From: Octopus vulgaris
Taxonomy: Eukaryota
DNA: 64,000 nucleotides
Direction of reading: 5' to 3'
NCBI GenBank assembly: GCA_951406725.2
Contig: OX597822.1
Coordinates: 25,544,001 to 25,608,000 of the forward strand
Shown here in pieces: positions 14,161-28,411 of the stretch. The first letter of the stretch is position 1. Every line of letters begins with the position of its first letter. Under the pieces are notes generated by a model. That model was not told where the DNA came from and made no database searches. It saw nothing but the letters and a program-made list of their open reading frames with translations. Made by a program: the position numbers and the translations under genes.

Positions 14161-15745
14161 TACTCAGTGTTATACAACTGCTACAAGAGTAGATGATCGA
14201 CCATAATCCAATATATTAGTTTTATGGTATTTCATTTTGTTTATACAAAAATATATCGATATACAAGTGAAGGCATGGCTATGTAATTAAGAAGCATGCT
14301 TTGCAACCACAAGTTCCCAGGTTCATTCCCACTACACGGCACCCTCGACAAACGTTTTTTTTTTTAAATCAGGTCGATTCATGCCTTGTGAATGAATTTG
14401 GTAAACGGATGCTGTGTGGAAGCTTGCCGAATATATACAGGTGTGTGTGTGTGTGTGTGTGTGTGTGGTTGATTGTCTCTTTCCCCGCCGCCGCTTGTCA
14501 ACCGAATTTACCGGTTTAGTAAAATTCCAATAGAATAAGTGCCAAACTTATAGATCAGTACTCGAATCGATTTGTTCTACTAAAGTCTTTCAAAGCGGTG
14601 CTCCAGCATGGTCGCATTCCAATTACAGAAGCAGTTAGAAAATAAAAAATAAATAATTAATAACAGAAATATTTATAAAAACAAGTAGCAAAGCTTCATT
14701 ATATTATTGTGGGTTTTTTCTTAGTTTTTTTCTCTCCTTCTCCTTAATAGAATTGGGTAGAGAAGAATCATTTTGGTTTAATAGGTAAACCTAATTTTAT
14801 CTTTGCTTCGATGTCAATAGGCGCAGAATGGCTTAATGGCTAAGGAGTTTGCTTTGCAATCATGCAGTCATGGTTTCGATTCTGCTGAGAAGTATCTTGG
14901 TCACATGCCATTTCCTATAGTCTTGAGTCCACTCATACCTTGTTAAGAAAATTGGGAAAACGAAAACTGTGTACCAGATACCTGTCGAGTTGATTGTATC
15001 TGTAATTCAAAGCTCACTTTGTGTCACACTAATTTCGCCCGAAAATGCTTTATTGAGGGTACACGTGCTTGTGGAACATTCAGCCAGTTATACGCAAACT
15101 CAACGAGCCTGGTAGTTTAACTGACTATAAGCTAGAAAGTCTGGATGAGGTTATGAAAAAAAGATGGTGTATCTATTATACATAAAGCTGTATGGTAATT
15201 CGTTAGTTTTCAGATATGTTAAATTAATACATGTAGATCACCGGATAACGTTTTACGTTATTAAGCTCTTATCTGTTCACGTTTTGGACATCAAATCTAT
15301 CCAGGAGCGACTTTACTGTTTATTCCCTTCTATGTCACAAATTTGTGACTCTTCTGTCACAATTGACTGCGTGTCGAACAAAATGCTTGGCGACATTTTT
15401 TACTGTCTGAGTTCATATCTCGCTGAGGTCAACTTCGCCTTTCTTCCTTCCGGTGTGGGTGGGGTCAATATAATAAAGTGCAAATGAAGTACTGGGTTCT
15501 CTCTCCCTCTAAATCGCTTGCTTTCAATCACAATTTGAAACAATTATTTAATTACGGCAAAGAGGAAGTAGTGACATAATCCTTTAGTTCACTATAAGGT
15601 AGATTCTTTTCTTATATATAACCCTATTTCACACTTCAGCTGTCAGACATTCCAGCTTTGATCATCTATTCATATCTAAGAATACACAATTTAAAGTGTC
15701 CTTCCTTTTTTCCGGTTTTGATTGAAGAGAGATTTCACTACTATA

Positions 15746-16009
15746 CAGTGGCGGCTCGAGTCTAGGCACTGCAGCACCCCCGATTTCTACTCGATATTAT
15801 CGATAACATTCAATATAATGAGTCCTTTTTTTCTTTAATTCTTTCCTTATACTTTTACATTATATAATCCTTAAGCTTAATGTCCGTAGCCATCCCCTAG
15901 TTTATGAAAAAAAAACCAAAAATCCTTGTATAGGACTGTGCGCTTCACAGTTCCATGCAGTGTTTAGCTGTTGTGCGCATATGTCCGAGATAGGAAGCTT
16001 CATGCTAGG

Positions 16010-16051
<42 letters not shown>

Positions 16052-16236
16052 ACTGCGTGAACAACAGTGCTGGCCCTGGTGTTCCGGTGAAAGGTGGTGT
16101 TTCTTTTTGACTCTGCGTGTGTTGTGCTTATAAGCGTGTTTATATTCTTGAATGTGATATTTACACAATATTAAAACAACGGCTAAACTTTTTCTGTAGC
16201 AGTAGCCCCACAAATTTTATCTACGAGCCACTACTG
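15746..16236. mobile_element. hAT-type MITE
   Basis: TIRs CAGTGGCGGCTCG / CAGTAGTGGCTCG; 8-bp TSD ctactata/ctaatata. Confidence 0.75.
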
Positions 16237-17168
16237 CTAATATATCTAGCATAGCGAATAACCACGGAACCGTTCCCTCGCATGGTTGCTTCTCTATCTT
16301 ATACGCCAGAAGCAGCGCCCCCAAATTAAAATATTTTCACCACGGGTTTGGCAGAAACAGATAACATTTTTATTTAATATATTTGGTTTTCAAATAAATT
16401 CATTAACGCATTAATTGATAGATTAATCAAGAAGTGAGTTCAAGTCGGGTGGGGCCCAGAACCCTATCATATGACGGTGATACATTGACTACTGACTGAG
16501 TACTGGTGTAAATATTACGAGGAAACACCTTAGCCACAGTCACCACCGCCATATTTAATTAATCGAAGCATTAATTAATCAGCTGATCATACAGACACCA
16601 GGTGGGATAGGGGTCGACATTGTCTAGAATCCTATTTCTCAGGGTTAGATACAATAAATACCAACCAGATACTGGGGTAGATTTTATATACCACCATATT
16701 CCTCAAAAAAGGTGTCGCGTTGTTTTTGTATTAAAATATAATTAATAGTAAATGAATATCGTTCAAATTTACTTTTTCAATTAATCAATGCCTAATTTGC
16801 ATTTTTAATTTTCGATAGTAGTATATATATTTATATATTTATTTATTCATAGCGTGTCTTAAATGATTGGTATGTATATGAAATTTCCAAATGCCAGGCG
16901 CACCCCATTAAATACATACATACGTACGTACATACATACATACATACATACATACATACATACATACATACATACATACATACATACATACGTATGGAAA
17001 TACATTCATACATGTGTACATACATACACTCATAAACACATACTCACTTTTAAATACACTTAAACACACACGCACACACAAACATACACACACATGTGAG
17101 AATAATATAATTATAAACTGCATGTAAAATGTATGCTTTTCTGCTTTACACACACACACATATATAAA

Positions 17169-17216
<48 letters not shown>

Positions 17217-17295
17217 TATACACATAATACATACACACACACACACACACATATATATATGTATTATGTGTATGTATATATATATGTATTATGTG

Positions 17296-17343
<48 letters not shown>

Positions 17344-17456
17344 CATTTATATGTGTGTGTGTGCGTGCGTGCGTGTGTGTGCGCGCGCGTGTGTGTCTGC
17401 GCGCGCGTTCGTGTGTGCAAATAAATAATAAGTAAATATGTGTTTGAATATAGGTA

Positions 17457-17677
17457 CAGTAATCCCACGCCATATCGGGGTTCGCCTATCGCGGTTTATT
17501 TTATAAGCTTACGTCGATTCCTTCGTGTTGTTTTGCATTTATAATAAACTAAGTATATACAAATAATAAAAATGATTGTAAAAAAATATAGAGTGTAATA
17601 CTGTTTCTATTTCGCGGATGTTCACCCATCGATTGGGGTTTTGGAACATAACACCCGTGATAGTAGAGAGACTAATG
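17457..17677. mobile_element. Tigger/pogo-like MITE
   Basis: TA-flanked ends CAGTAATCCCACG and gagagactaatg, with subterminal tatcgcgg/ttcgc repeats. Confidence 0.6.
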
Positions 17678-17792
17678 TATACAATAAAGATTACAGATAT
17701 TGTAGTACATCAACGCTGGGACCCTACATTCATGCGTGTTAAATATTTTTGAGGGCATCCATTTGTCAAAGAACAAAAACGGAGACAATATA

Positions 17793-17950
<158 letters not shown>

Positions 17951-17954
17951 ATAC

Positions 17955-18010
<56 letters not shown>

Positions 18011-18192
18011 ATATACATACATATACATATATATATATATATATATAATTATATATGTACATATAAACATGTGCATATATATATGTGTGTGTGTGAGCGT
18101 TTGCTTGTATGTACGAATAAATGTGCTTAGGTACGTGTGCATGTACGCATGTTTGTATCCATATATGTATGTAAATGTGTACATATGTATAA

Positions 18193-18371
18193 GGCGGCGA
18201 GCTAGCAGACACGTTAGGACGCCGGGCGAAATGCTTAGCGGTATTTGCCTTTCATCCTTTCGGGGTCGATAATTAAAGTACCAGGTTCGCACTGGGGGCG
18301 ATATAATCGACTCAATCCCTTCCTCTGTCCTTGTTTGTCCCCTCTATGTTTAGCCCCTTGTGGGCAAGTAA

Positions 18372-18373
<2 letters not shown>
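18193..18373 (+). mobile_element. SINE family B, internally deleted
   Basis: Head and tail match 51996-52225. Other copies at about 13120-13555, 15380-15545, 32826-33035, 49150-49505, 55980-56350 and 56718-56905. Confidence 0.85.
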
Positions 18374-18454
<81 letters not shown>

Positions 18455-19327
18455 CAGGATATGGTGAGTAAACTGTCGTCTAAATTGCGCAAATATGAAA
18501 ATTACACTGACTTCTCATTTTTAGAGATATATTTACCAAAATTACATAAAAAACATCTTCAAATACTAAAGAGTCAATTTATTCTATAACATCGCCATTT
18601 GCTTCAACCACAGCTTCCAGACGACTTCGGAATCTTCTGCAAGTCTTCTGGACTTGTTTAAGTTTGCGAATGATCTCATAATCCTTGCTTTCAATTCATT
18701 TTTGGTGTTATAAGGAGTTTTGTTGGTCTCTAGCTCAACTGCGTCCCACACATAATAATCAAGTGGGTGGTAGTCAGGGGAGTTAGATGGCCAGAATTTA
18801 AGGGTGAGGTGGTCGCAGAAATTGCCTGAGTCACGACTGGGTTCTCCTGCTTGTGTGGCATGGTGCAGTATTCTGTTGCCAGACATAGGGAGTTCCAGCA
18901 GCCACCTTCTTGACACAAAGCAGCACTATCTACTCAGGTACTTGATGTAGGCCTCCGTGTGTAGTATGCGGCCTTGAGGGAAGATGAATGGTAGCTCACG
19001 TCGCCATCACTAGTCATCATTCCAAACGCCATGATGTTGACTGGATGTTTGATTTTTATCTCGGTACAAGTCCTCAGGGTGCACTGTCCTCAGATTGACA
19101 CCCAAACACTCTGAAATGTCCGTACTGGAGATTCCGGCGCGAATGCCAAGCTGTACAGCATGTTGTTTCCAAATTTATGGCAGAGTGAATTGCGTCATGG
19201 TGCTGTTTTTCTAACAGACGGTGACCAACGGACTCTACTATACTATGTGGTCGTCAAAATCAAAAGCAAGTTCTGCGCATGCTCGAAATAAATAATGACT
19301 TATGGCGACAATTTACCCATCGCAGCC
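18455..19327 (-). mobile_element. Internally deleted maT (DD37D) mariner copy
   Basis: Both TIRs present; WPSNSPDYHPLDYYVW in ORF 18584-18916; homologous to 28854-30136. Confidence 0.85.
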
Positions 19328-19363
19328 ATTATATATATATATGTGTGTGGGGGGTGTATATAC

Positions 19364-19415
<52 letters not shown>

Positions 19416-19851
19416 ATTCATACTTATATATTTATATCTGTGTATCTATTTATTTATCTACACACACACACACAGAGTTATAAATAATATAAGAATATCC
19501 AAATACATAATATGCTATGAAGCTTTTCATATCAAACTGCCTCATTATGTATGCGTGGATGTATCTATACATGTGTATTTACGTGTATACATATATTCAC
19601 CTCTCTCGCTTTCTCTCTCTCTATTTCTCTCTCTCTCTATATATATATATATATCTTGCTATGTCACTGATATATATATATGTGTATATATATATATATG
19701 TATATAAAAGTATAAATACACATTGTACATTATATATATATATATATATATATATATAGGTATATATACATATATGTATGTATGTCTATACGCATACTTT
19801 TATTTATTCATGTATATATATATATATATCAATCTATCTATCTATACATAC

Positions 19852-19917
<66 letters not shown>

Positions 19918-20415
19918 TCATATATATATGTGTGTGAGTGTGTGTGTGTGTGTGTTTTTTTTATATCCATGTAATTTTAAAAATTTAGTATATTTTAGAA
20001 CTCATAACAAGTTATAAACTTCCGAGAGAAAGCGAATTAGATTTGTGGGAGCAATGTAAACATTGGTTTGAAAAAGTAAAAAAGACATTTTCGATAGAAT
20101 AATTCCGAGGCAACAATTTATAGTTCTATACGCTTCGAGATACACTGTACCAAGCAAGAAATATATGCTTATATGTATTTTTATTCTTTTATTCTTTTAC
20201 TTGTTTCAGTTGGCCATGATGGAGCACCTTCTTTAGTCGAAGAAATCAACGCCAGGACTTATTCTTTGTAATCCTAGTACTTATTCTATCGGTTTCTTTT
20301 GTTAAACCGCTAAGTTATTGGGACATAAATACACCAGTATCGGTTGTCAAGCGATGGCGGCGACACAAACACAGACACACACACACACATACAAAAATAT
20401 ACATCCATCTCTCTT

Positions 20416-20468
<53 letters not shown>

Positions 20469-20480
20469 AACTATCTATAT

Positions 20481-21040
20481 GAGTTAGCAGTTAAGCAACC
20501 ATCTAAGGGATAGGGAATATCCAATATACTACTGGATGTATACCTACGTATTTATGTCCAAGTGCTTACTATTGCAGAGCAATATCGCAATTGGGTATGA
20601 GTGAGGTAAAACAGAAATTTACCCAGGATTTTTGAGGCAAATATGAAAATAGAGAGGATACACAATCGGCAAACATCTATACCCATTTATTAATTGATTA
20701 CAATCATATGTATGAGTGATCCCAATAAACGAATGAAATAAGCAAATGATAAGTAAATACATAGATACATAAAATAAATAAGAAAAAATGAGTGAATAAA
20801 TACTAGACTTTTGCAGCCGTTTCTACCATGGGGTTGCCCAGTCTTCCAAGTTTTCCCCATGACGCCAGTGATATACAGGGATTTTACAAAGGGATTATAC
20901 AGGGATTTTGCCCATACCTGGTATTCAATTGCGATATTGTCCTGCAATAGTAAGCACTTGGATATAAATAAGTAGGTATACACCCAGTAGTATATTGGAT
21001 ATTCACTATCCCTTAGATGATTGCTTAACCTCTAACTCAT

Positions 21041-21092
<52 letters not shown>

Positions 21093-21106
21093 GCAGACAG
21101 ACAGAC

Positions 21107-21173
<67 letters not shown>

Positions 21174-21186
21174 CAGATAGACAGAC

Positions 21187-21233
<47 letters not shown>

Positions 21234-21238
21234 CAGAC

Positions 21239-21313
<75 letters not shown>

Positions 21314-21451
21314 CAGACAGAGGTGTAAGAGTTTAGTATTTTTTCACTCATTTATACATATTTGTTTATTTTATGTATCTATGTATTTACTTATTCGCTT
21401 CTTTCATTCGTTTATTTGGATCATTCATACATATGATTGTAATCAATTAGT
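20481..21451. repeat. Two overlapping inverted-repeat pairs
   Basis: 20481-20597 vs 20922-21038, and about 20690-20805 vs 21335-21451. Confidence 0.85.
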
Positions 21452-21553
21452 AAATAGATATAATTGAATGTTTACAATAATTGAATGCTCACAGGCTGAT
21501 GTTTTTCGATTGTTTATTTTCTCCATTTTCTTATTTGCCATATATATAAATAC

Positions 21554-21602
<49 letters not shown>

Positions 21603-21722
21603 CCTGCTCGTTTAGCCAGCGGAGTGGCGTCATTCAAAGGCTAAAAAAAAAACAATGCGAATGCATTGTGACCAGCGATGTGTAACAACATCTGATGGTC
21701 TGGTCGGTCACATGATCACGTG

Positions 21723-21753
<31 letters not shown>

Positions 21754-21880
21754 TATATGTATATATATTTATTTTTTTATTTAATTAATTAATTTATTTA
21801 ATTTATGGTGCACAGTGGACGAATGGCCTGTTAAGGCCATTCCTAAATTGTTATATATGTATATATATATATATATATAA

Positions 21881-21966
21881 ATAACGGGAAGGTTTACGAA
21901 AATAAACAAAAGACGAAGGCAGGTGGAGTACAAACAAACAATGTATTAGTATGGCGCTCAGGAATA
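21881..21966 (-). mobile_element. Fragment of the same repeat as 4525-4610
   Basis: ataacgggaag...aaacaaaagacg...ggcgctcaggaata is shared between the two loci. Confidence 0.75.
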
Positions 21967-21976
21967 TATATAATAT

Positions 21977-22039
<63 letters not shown>

Positions 22040-22510
22040 GACGGGCTTTTTTCAGTTTCTGTCTGCCAAATGCACTCACAAGACTTTCGTCGGCCCGTGG
22101 TTATGGTGAATGACACTTACTCAAGGTGCCACGCAGTGAGACTGAAACCGGAATCATGTGTTTGGGAAGCAAGTTTCTTGCCACACAACCACTTCTGAGC
22201 TATTCATATTAGATTAATACACTTGTAAATATATGTATGTGTGTATGTTTATATTTTCAAAATACGTTTGGATGTTTAAATAGATTATATGCACATATAT
22301 ATATATACACATATTACAAGAGATAGATAGATAGTTTTACTTGTATAGAATCTATGTGGATATCGACATATTCTTAACTGTATACCCTCAGACACTAATA
22401 TTAAATATATATATATAATATTTCAATTATGATAATAAAGAATGAAATCTTCAAACATCTGTAGCCAGCATGTAATAATAGACCTATGAATGTTAAATCA
22501 TATATATATA

Positions 22511-22675
22511 GGCGCAGGAGTGGCTGTGTGGTAAGTAGCTTGCTAACCGACCACATGGTTCCGGGTTCAGTCCCACTGCGTGGCATCTTAGGCAAGTGTC
22601 TTCTACTATAGCCTCGAGCCGACCAAAGCCTTGTGAGTGGATTTGGTAGAGGGAAACTGAAAGAAGCCTGACGTA

Positions 22676-22730
<55 letters not shown>

Positions 22731-22950
22731 ATGTATATGTTTGTGTGTCTGTATTTGTCCCTCTAGCATTGCTTGACAACCGATGCTGGTGTGTTTACGT
22801 CCCCGTCACTTAGCGGTTCGACAAAAGAGACCGATAGAATAAGTACAGGGCTTACAAAAGAATAAGTCCCGGGGTCAAATTGCTCGACTAAAGTCGGTGC
22901 TCCAGCATGGCCGCAGTCAAATAACTGAAACAAGTAAAAGAGTAAAAGAG
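22511..22950 (+). mobile_element. SINE family A, full length
   Basis: ggcgcaggagtggctgtgtggtaag...caagtaaaagagtaaaagag, inserted in (TA)n. Confidence 0.92.
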
Positions 22951-23152
22951 TATATGATTATAATTAAGGGCATAGGAAAAATCTAGCCTATATGCTTACA
23001 AGAGACGGTAAATTGTCCAACCACTTTAAATCGTCACAAAATTACACACGTTTACATATATATATTTGCAAAATTTTCACCCGTGACGATTTAAAGTGGT
23101 TGGACGATTTGGCGTCTCTTTTCGGCATATAAGCTAGATTTTCTCTATGGTC

Positions 23153-23183
<31 letters not shown>

Positions 23184-23579
23184 CTAGCAGTATCGCCCGG
23201 CGTTGCTCGAGTTGTAAGGGAAATAACTATATAAGCATTTTTAGAGAGTTATAGCCAAAAAATAGCAAAGAAATGCATTAAAAATTGAAAAAAAATTAAG
23301 GTAAATTTTTTTTTTAAATCGTTGACACATCGTAGATATTTTTAGAGAGTTACTTCCCTTATATAAAAGGGAAAAAAATGCATTAAAATGGAAAAATACG
23401 ATGGTAATTTTTTTTTAAATCGTAGACTCATCGTAGACGCGCGCTAATACCCAGAAGGGCTCGATATGAATCACGACTATAAGATACCCGCTTTTGGTTA
23501 AACTGCACGGCAAAATGTGGGAGTAGTTACGAATCTAAATCGAAGGGGACAGACACACAACTTCACTCTTATATAAAGA
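23184..23579 (-). mobile_element. Non-autonomous Helitron
   Basis: Minus strand A|TC...hairpin (cgagcaacgccgg)...CTAG|T; close copy at 62642-62949. Confidence 0.8.
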
Positions 23580-23580
23580 T

Positions 23581-23908
23581 GCTTTTTTTTTTCAGTCATA
23601 GAGTTAGATTTATGAAGGTCTTCAGTAGAAAATCCTTCGAATTCTGACTCGCTGCTTGATATAATGAAATTCGTATCCATTTTTAATCAGAATTACAAAT
23701 TTTGAAAACACAATAGGAACAAATTTCGGAAAAAAATCTCCCATAATTCACGGAATTAAAATTACACTTCGATTTTTGTACAAAACTGTATTTGAAGTGT
23801 TTACGAAGTATAATACGTGTTTTCACGAATGTACTAAAGAGATTTACTCTGATATTCTCATTTAAATATGAATAGGTAAATTCGGGCGGTTTGGTAACGA
23901 AAGGGTTT
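23581..23908 (-). mobile_element. Probable piggyBac-like 5' end, truncated by the Helitron
   Basis: Minus-strand end taaaCCCTTTCGTTACC and an acidic N-terminal peptide MDTNFIISSSESEFEGFSTED. Confidence 0.45.
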
Positions 23909-24067
23909 ATATAAGTGTCGTCTGTTTATACATAAACACTGTTTCATACTTTCAGTTTAGTCTTCCTCAAATCACTCTGTCGCTAATTTACTCTCTTCCA
24001 AGAACATTTTCACTCACTGTTATCTTTCGTAAAATCTCTTCAAACACACGTATATATATACATACAT

Positions 24068-24232
24068 GGCGCAGAAGTGGCTGTGTGGTAGGTAGCTTGC
24101 TTACTAACCACATGGTTCCAGGTTCAGTCCCACTGCGTGGCACCCTGGGCAAGTGTCTTCTACTATAGCCTCGGGCCGATGAAAGCCTTGTGAGTGGATT
24201 TGGTAGACGGAAACTGAAAGAAGCCCGTCATA

Positions 24233-24292
<60 letters not shown>

Positions 24293-24509
24293 CATGTGTG
24301 TGTATATGTTTGTGTGTCTGCGTTTGTACCCCCAACATCGCTTGACAACTGATGCTGGTGTGTTTACGTCCCCGTAACTTAGCGGTTCGGCAAAAGAGAC
24401 CGATAGAATAAGTACTAGGATTACAAAGAATAAGTCCTGGGGTCGATTTGCTCGTCTAAAAGCGGTGCTCCAGCATGGCCACAGTCAAAAGACTGAAACA
24501 AGTAAAAGA
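24068..24509 (+). mobile_element. SINE family A, full length
   Basis: Matches the consensus end to end. Confidence 0.92.
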
Positions 24510-24528
24510 GTATACATACATACATACA

Positions 24529-24564
<36 letters not shown>

Positions 24565-24578
24565 TTTTTATATATATA

Positions 24579-25056
24579 CTAGCAGTATCGCCCGGCGTTG
24601 CTCGGGTTTGTTTCGACCCGCTGGAATTGTAATTTTGAAAAGTAAAAATTTTGTGAACATTTTTCTGGTCGAAATACACCGAAAAGTGGCGACACAGCAG
24701 TGAAAAAATCGTAAAAAATAGGGATTTTCTTAGAAAAAAGCATCTTTTTGATGTAAATAATTTTTGGTGTTAACATGGTCCGATTTGAATTTTATGTTCT
24801 ACGGAAGGAAGAGCAACCCTTCTTCTACCATACTCTCAATTTTGGTCAACTTGCGCCGCAGGGTCTCGGAGGAGATAGTGTTAGTTGAAGGTTACCATTC
24901 TAGGTGCCTGAGTAATACTAGAAAAATACTTCTTCGCCGCAAAATGTTATTAACATTCTCATCAAAGATTTCATCAATTTTTTTGAAAATAACCTGTTTT
25001 AAAAATCACCTTTACACTTCAAAAACTGTGTTAAGCAGTCCTCATAGACATTAAGA
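24579..25056 (-). mobile_element. Helitron sharing only the 3' terminus with the above family
   Basis: ctagcagtatcgcccggcgttgctcgggtttgt is identical to 62642-62674, then the body differs. Confidence 0.65.
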
Positions 25057-25062
25057 TATACA

Positions 25063-25120
<58 letters not shown>

Positions 25121-25123
<3 letters not shown>

Positions 25124-25243
25124 CGGGTTCAGTCCCACTGCGTTGCATCTTGGGTAAGTGTCTTCTGCTATAGCCCCGGGCCGACCAATGCCTTGTGAGT
25201 GTATTTGGTGGATGGAAACTGAAAGAATCCTGTCGTATACATG

Positions 25244-25284
<41 letters not shown>

Positions 25285-25478
25285 CTGTGTTTGTCCCCCT
25301 AGCATTGCTTGACAGCCGATGCTGGTGTATTTACGTCCCCGTCACCTAGCGGTTTGGCAAAAAGAGACCGATAGAATAAGTACTGGGCTTACAAAGAATA
25401 AGTCCCGGGGTCGCTTTGCTCGACTAAAGGCGGTGCTCCAGCATGGCCGCAGTCAAATGACTGAAACAAGTAGAAAAG
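25121..25478 (+). mobile_element. SINE family A, 5'-truncated
   Basis: Starts at the B box. Confidence 0.88.
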
Positions 25479-25486
25479 AGAGTAAA

Positions 25487-25531
<45 letters not shown>

Positions 25532-25850
25532 TGTGTGTGTATTTATATATATATATATATATATATAGCTATATATGTATTCATAGTTCTATGTGCTTCG
25601 AGATACAGTATTCCAAGCAAGAACTATATGCTTATATGCATTCTTTTATTGTTTTACTTGTTTCAGTCATTTGGCTGCGGCAACGATGGAGCACCGCCTT
25701 TAGTAGCTGTGTGGAAAGAAGCTTGCTTCCCAACCACATGGTCCCGGCTTCAGTCCTACTGCGTAGCACCTTGGGCTGGTGTGTTGTACTGTAGCCTCAG
25801 GCGAACCGAAGCCTTGCGATAGGATTTGGTAGACGGATACTGAAAGAAGC

Positions 25851-25904
<54 letters not shown>

Positions 25905-25997
25905 GTCTGTATATACGTCCCGAGTTGCTCGATTTAAGGCGCTGCCCCAGCACGGCCGCAGTCAAATGACTGAAACAAGTAAAAGAGTAAAAGAGTA

Positions 25998-26073
<76 letters not shown>

Positions 26074-26262
26074 GTGTGTGTGTGTGTGTGTGTATATATG
26101 TATGCGTATATATATATATAGACAAGGTTTCCAGTGAGACTACTTCCTGGTAGGAAACACAGATGAGTGCACCAGCCTTAAATTCCCTCATTCACCAAAT
26201 ACCACATATCAATGGAGCTCGAAGCTGAAACAATTTAAAGAAGTAAATAAAATAAAGAATAA

Positions 26263-26693
26263 AGGCGCAGGAGTGGCTGTGTGATAAGTAGCTTGCTAAC
26301 CAGCCACATGGTTCCGGGTTCAGTCCCACTGCGTGGTATCTTGGGCAAGTGTCTTCTGCTATAGCCCCGGGCCGACCAATGCCTTGTGAGTGGATTTGGT
26401 AGATGGAAACTGAAAGAAGCCTGTCGTATATATGTATATATATATATATATATATGTATACATGTATGTGTGTGTGTGTTTGTGTGTCTGTATTTGTCCC
26501 CCTAGCATTGCTTGACAACTGATGCTGGTGTGTTTACGTCCCCGTCACTTAGCGGTTCAGCAAAAGAGACCGATAGAATAAGTACTGGGTTACAAAGAAT
26601 AAGTCCCGGGGTCGATTTGCTCGACTAAAAAAAGTCGGTGCTCCAGCATGGCCGCAGTCAAATGACTGAAACAAGTAAAAGAATAAAAGAGAG
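26263..26693 (+). mobile_element. SINE family A, full length
   Basis: Matches the consensus. Confidence 0.92.
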
Positions 26694-27372
26694 AGTATAT
26701 ATATTTAGTGTATATGGTACAATTATACTTACGGGCACAAATGCTCTCCTACCTATATGCTGAAAGAATACGACTCTTACGTCAGTGTATACAGCTTCTT
26801 TCAGCATATAGATATGATAGATTTTGTGCTCGTAAGTATAATTGTATGCTATACAATTATATATCCCTATAAATGTATTTTACCTTAAAGGTTTTTTTCT
26901 TTATATACTGGCCACTGATAAAATTCATAAATTTTACTGAGTTTATCCTTTACTTATGTTATATATATATATATATATATATATAGGTTTTTCAATATTA
27001 TGATGCAATGATGCCAGGTGTTTCCATTATTTTGCCCAACGCCTGTATGTATGTATGTATGTAAGTATGTATGTATGTATGTATGTATGTAAGTATGTAT
27101 GTATGTATGTATGTATGTATGTATGTATGTAGATGTATGTGTGTGTGTATGTGTGCCTGTGTGCGCGTGTGTGTGTGTATTTGTGCATGTGTGTGGGCAT
27201 GTTGGGACATCGCCTTGAAATATGTAGTCGAACAAATGGACCCCAGTTCTTACCTATGGGTGGTGCTCATTCTATCCAACCCTTTTGCAGAGGTTAGAGG
27301 GACGTAAACAAGCCAACAGTGGTTGCGAAGCGTTTATCGGTGGCATACACACACACACACACACAGACACAA

Positions 27373-27452
<80 letters not shown>

Positions 27453-27594
27453 GACGGACTCTATTCAGTTTTCTTCTACCAAATTCTCTGACAAGGCTTT
27501 GGTCGACCTGTGGCCATATTAGGACACACGTGCCCATAGTCACAGAACGGGATTGCTCCCAGAACCTAGTAGTTTTGAAACAAATATATATCCA

Positions 27595-28411
27595 TACATT
27601 TAAAATTTTTTTATATTTTTAATTTCGCGCAGGTACTTTCTTTCGACTGCACACTATTGCAGGATCATTTGAGAACTGTCCGTGAGCACCATGAGGCAAT
27701 TCACTCTGCCAGAAATTTGGAAAAGGCACGCTGTACTGCTTGGCATTCGCGCCTGAAGCTTCAATGCGAATATTTCAGAGTAACTGGGTATCAATCTGAG
27801 CACAGTGCGATCTGAGAACATGTACCGAGAGTGATAAAAATCATCCAGTCAACATCATGGTGCTTGGAGTGATGACTAGTGATGGCGACGTTATGCAACC
27901 AGTCATCTACTCACACGACCTCAAACTCAACACAGAGGCCTACATCAAGTGCCTGTAAGAGGTACTGCTGTCTTGAATCAAGAAGGTGGCTGCTAGAAGA
28001 CCCTATGTCTGGCAACAGGACTCTGTACCATGCCATACAAGCAGGAGAACCCAGTCATGGTTGTCATACAATTTCTGCGACCACATCACACCTAACATCT
28101 GGCCACCTATTATGTGTGTGGGACAGAGGTGAGCGAGAGAATTACAAAACTTCTTGTGACACCAAAGATGAATTGAAGGCAAGGATTATGGAAGCATTCA
28201 CCAACGTAAAGAAGGAGACCATGCAGGAGATTCCGAAATCGTTTGGAGGCTGTGTTTGAAGCCAATGGCGATTTTATTGAATAAATTTACTCTTTAGTAT
28301 TTCAAGATATTTTTTTTTTATAATTGTGTTTAATTTACCTGTTAAAGTGAGATGTCAGTGTTATTTTTAACTTTTGCGTAATTTAGACAGCAGTTTATTC
28401 ACCATACTCTG
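27595..28411 (+). mobile_element. Internally deleted maT mariner copy
   Basis: Homologous to 28854-30136; right TIR cagtttattcaccatactctg-TA. Confidence 0.8.
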
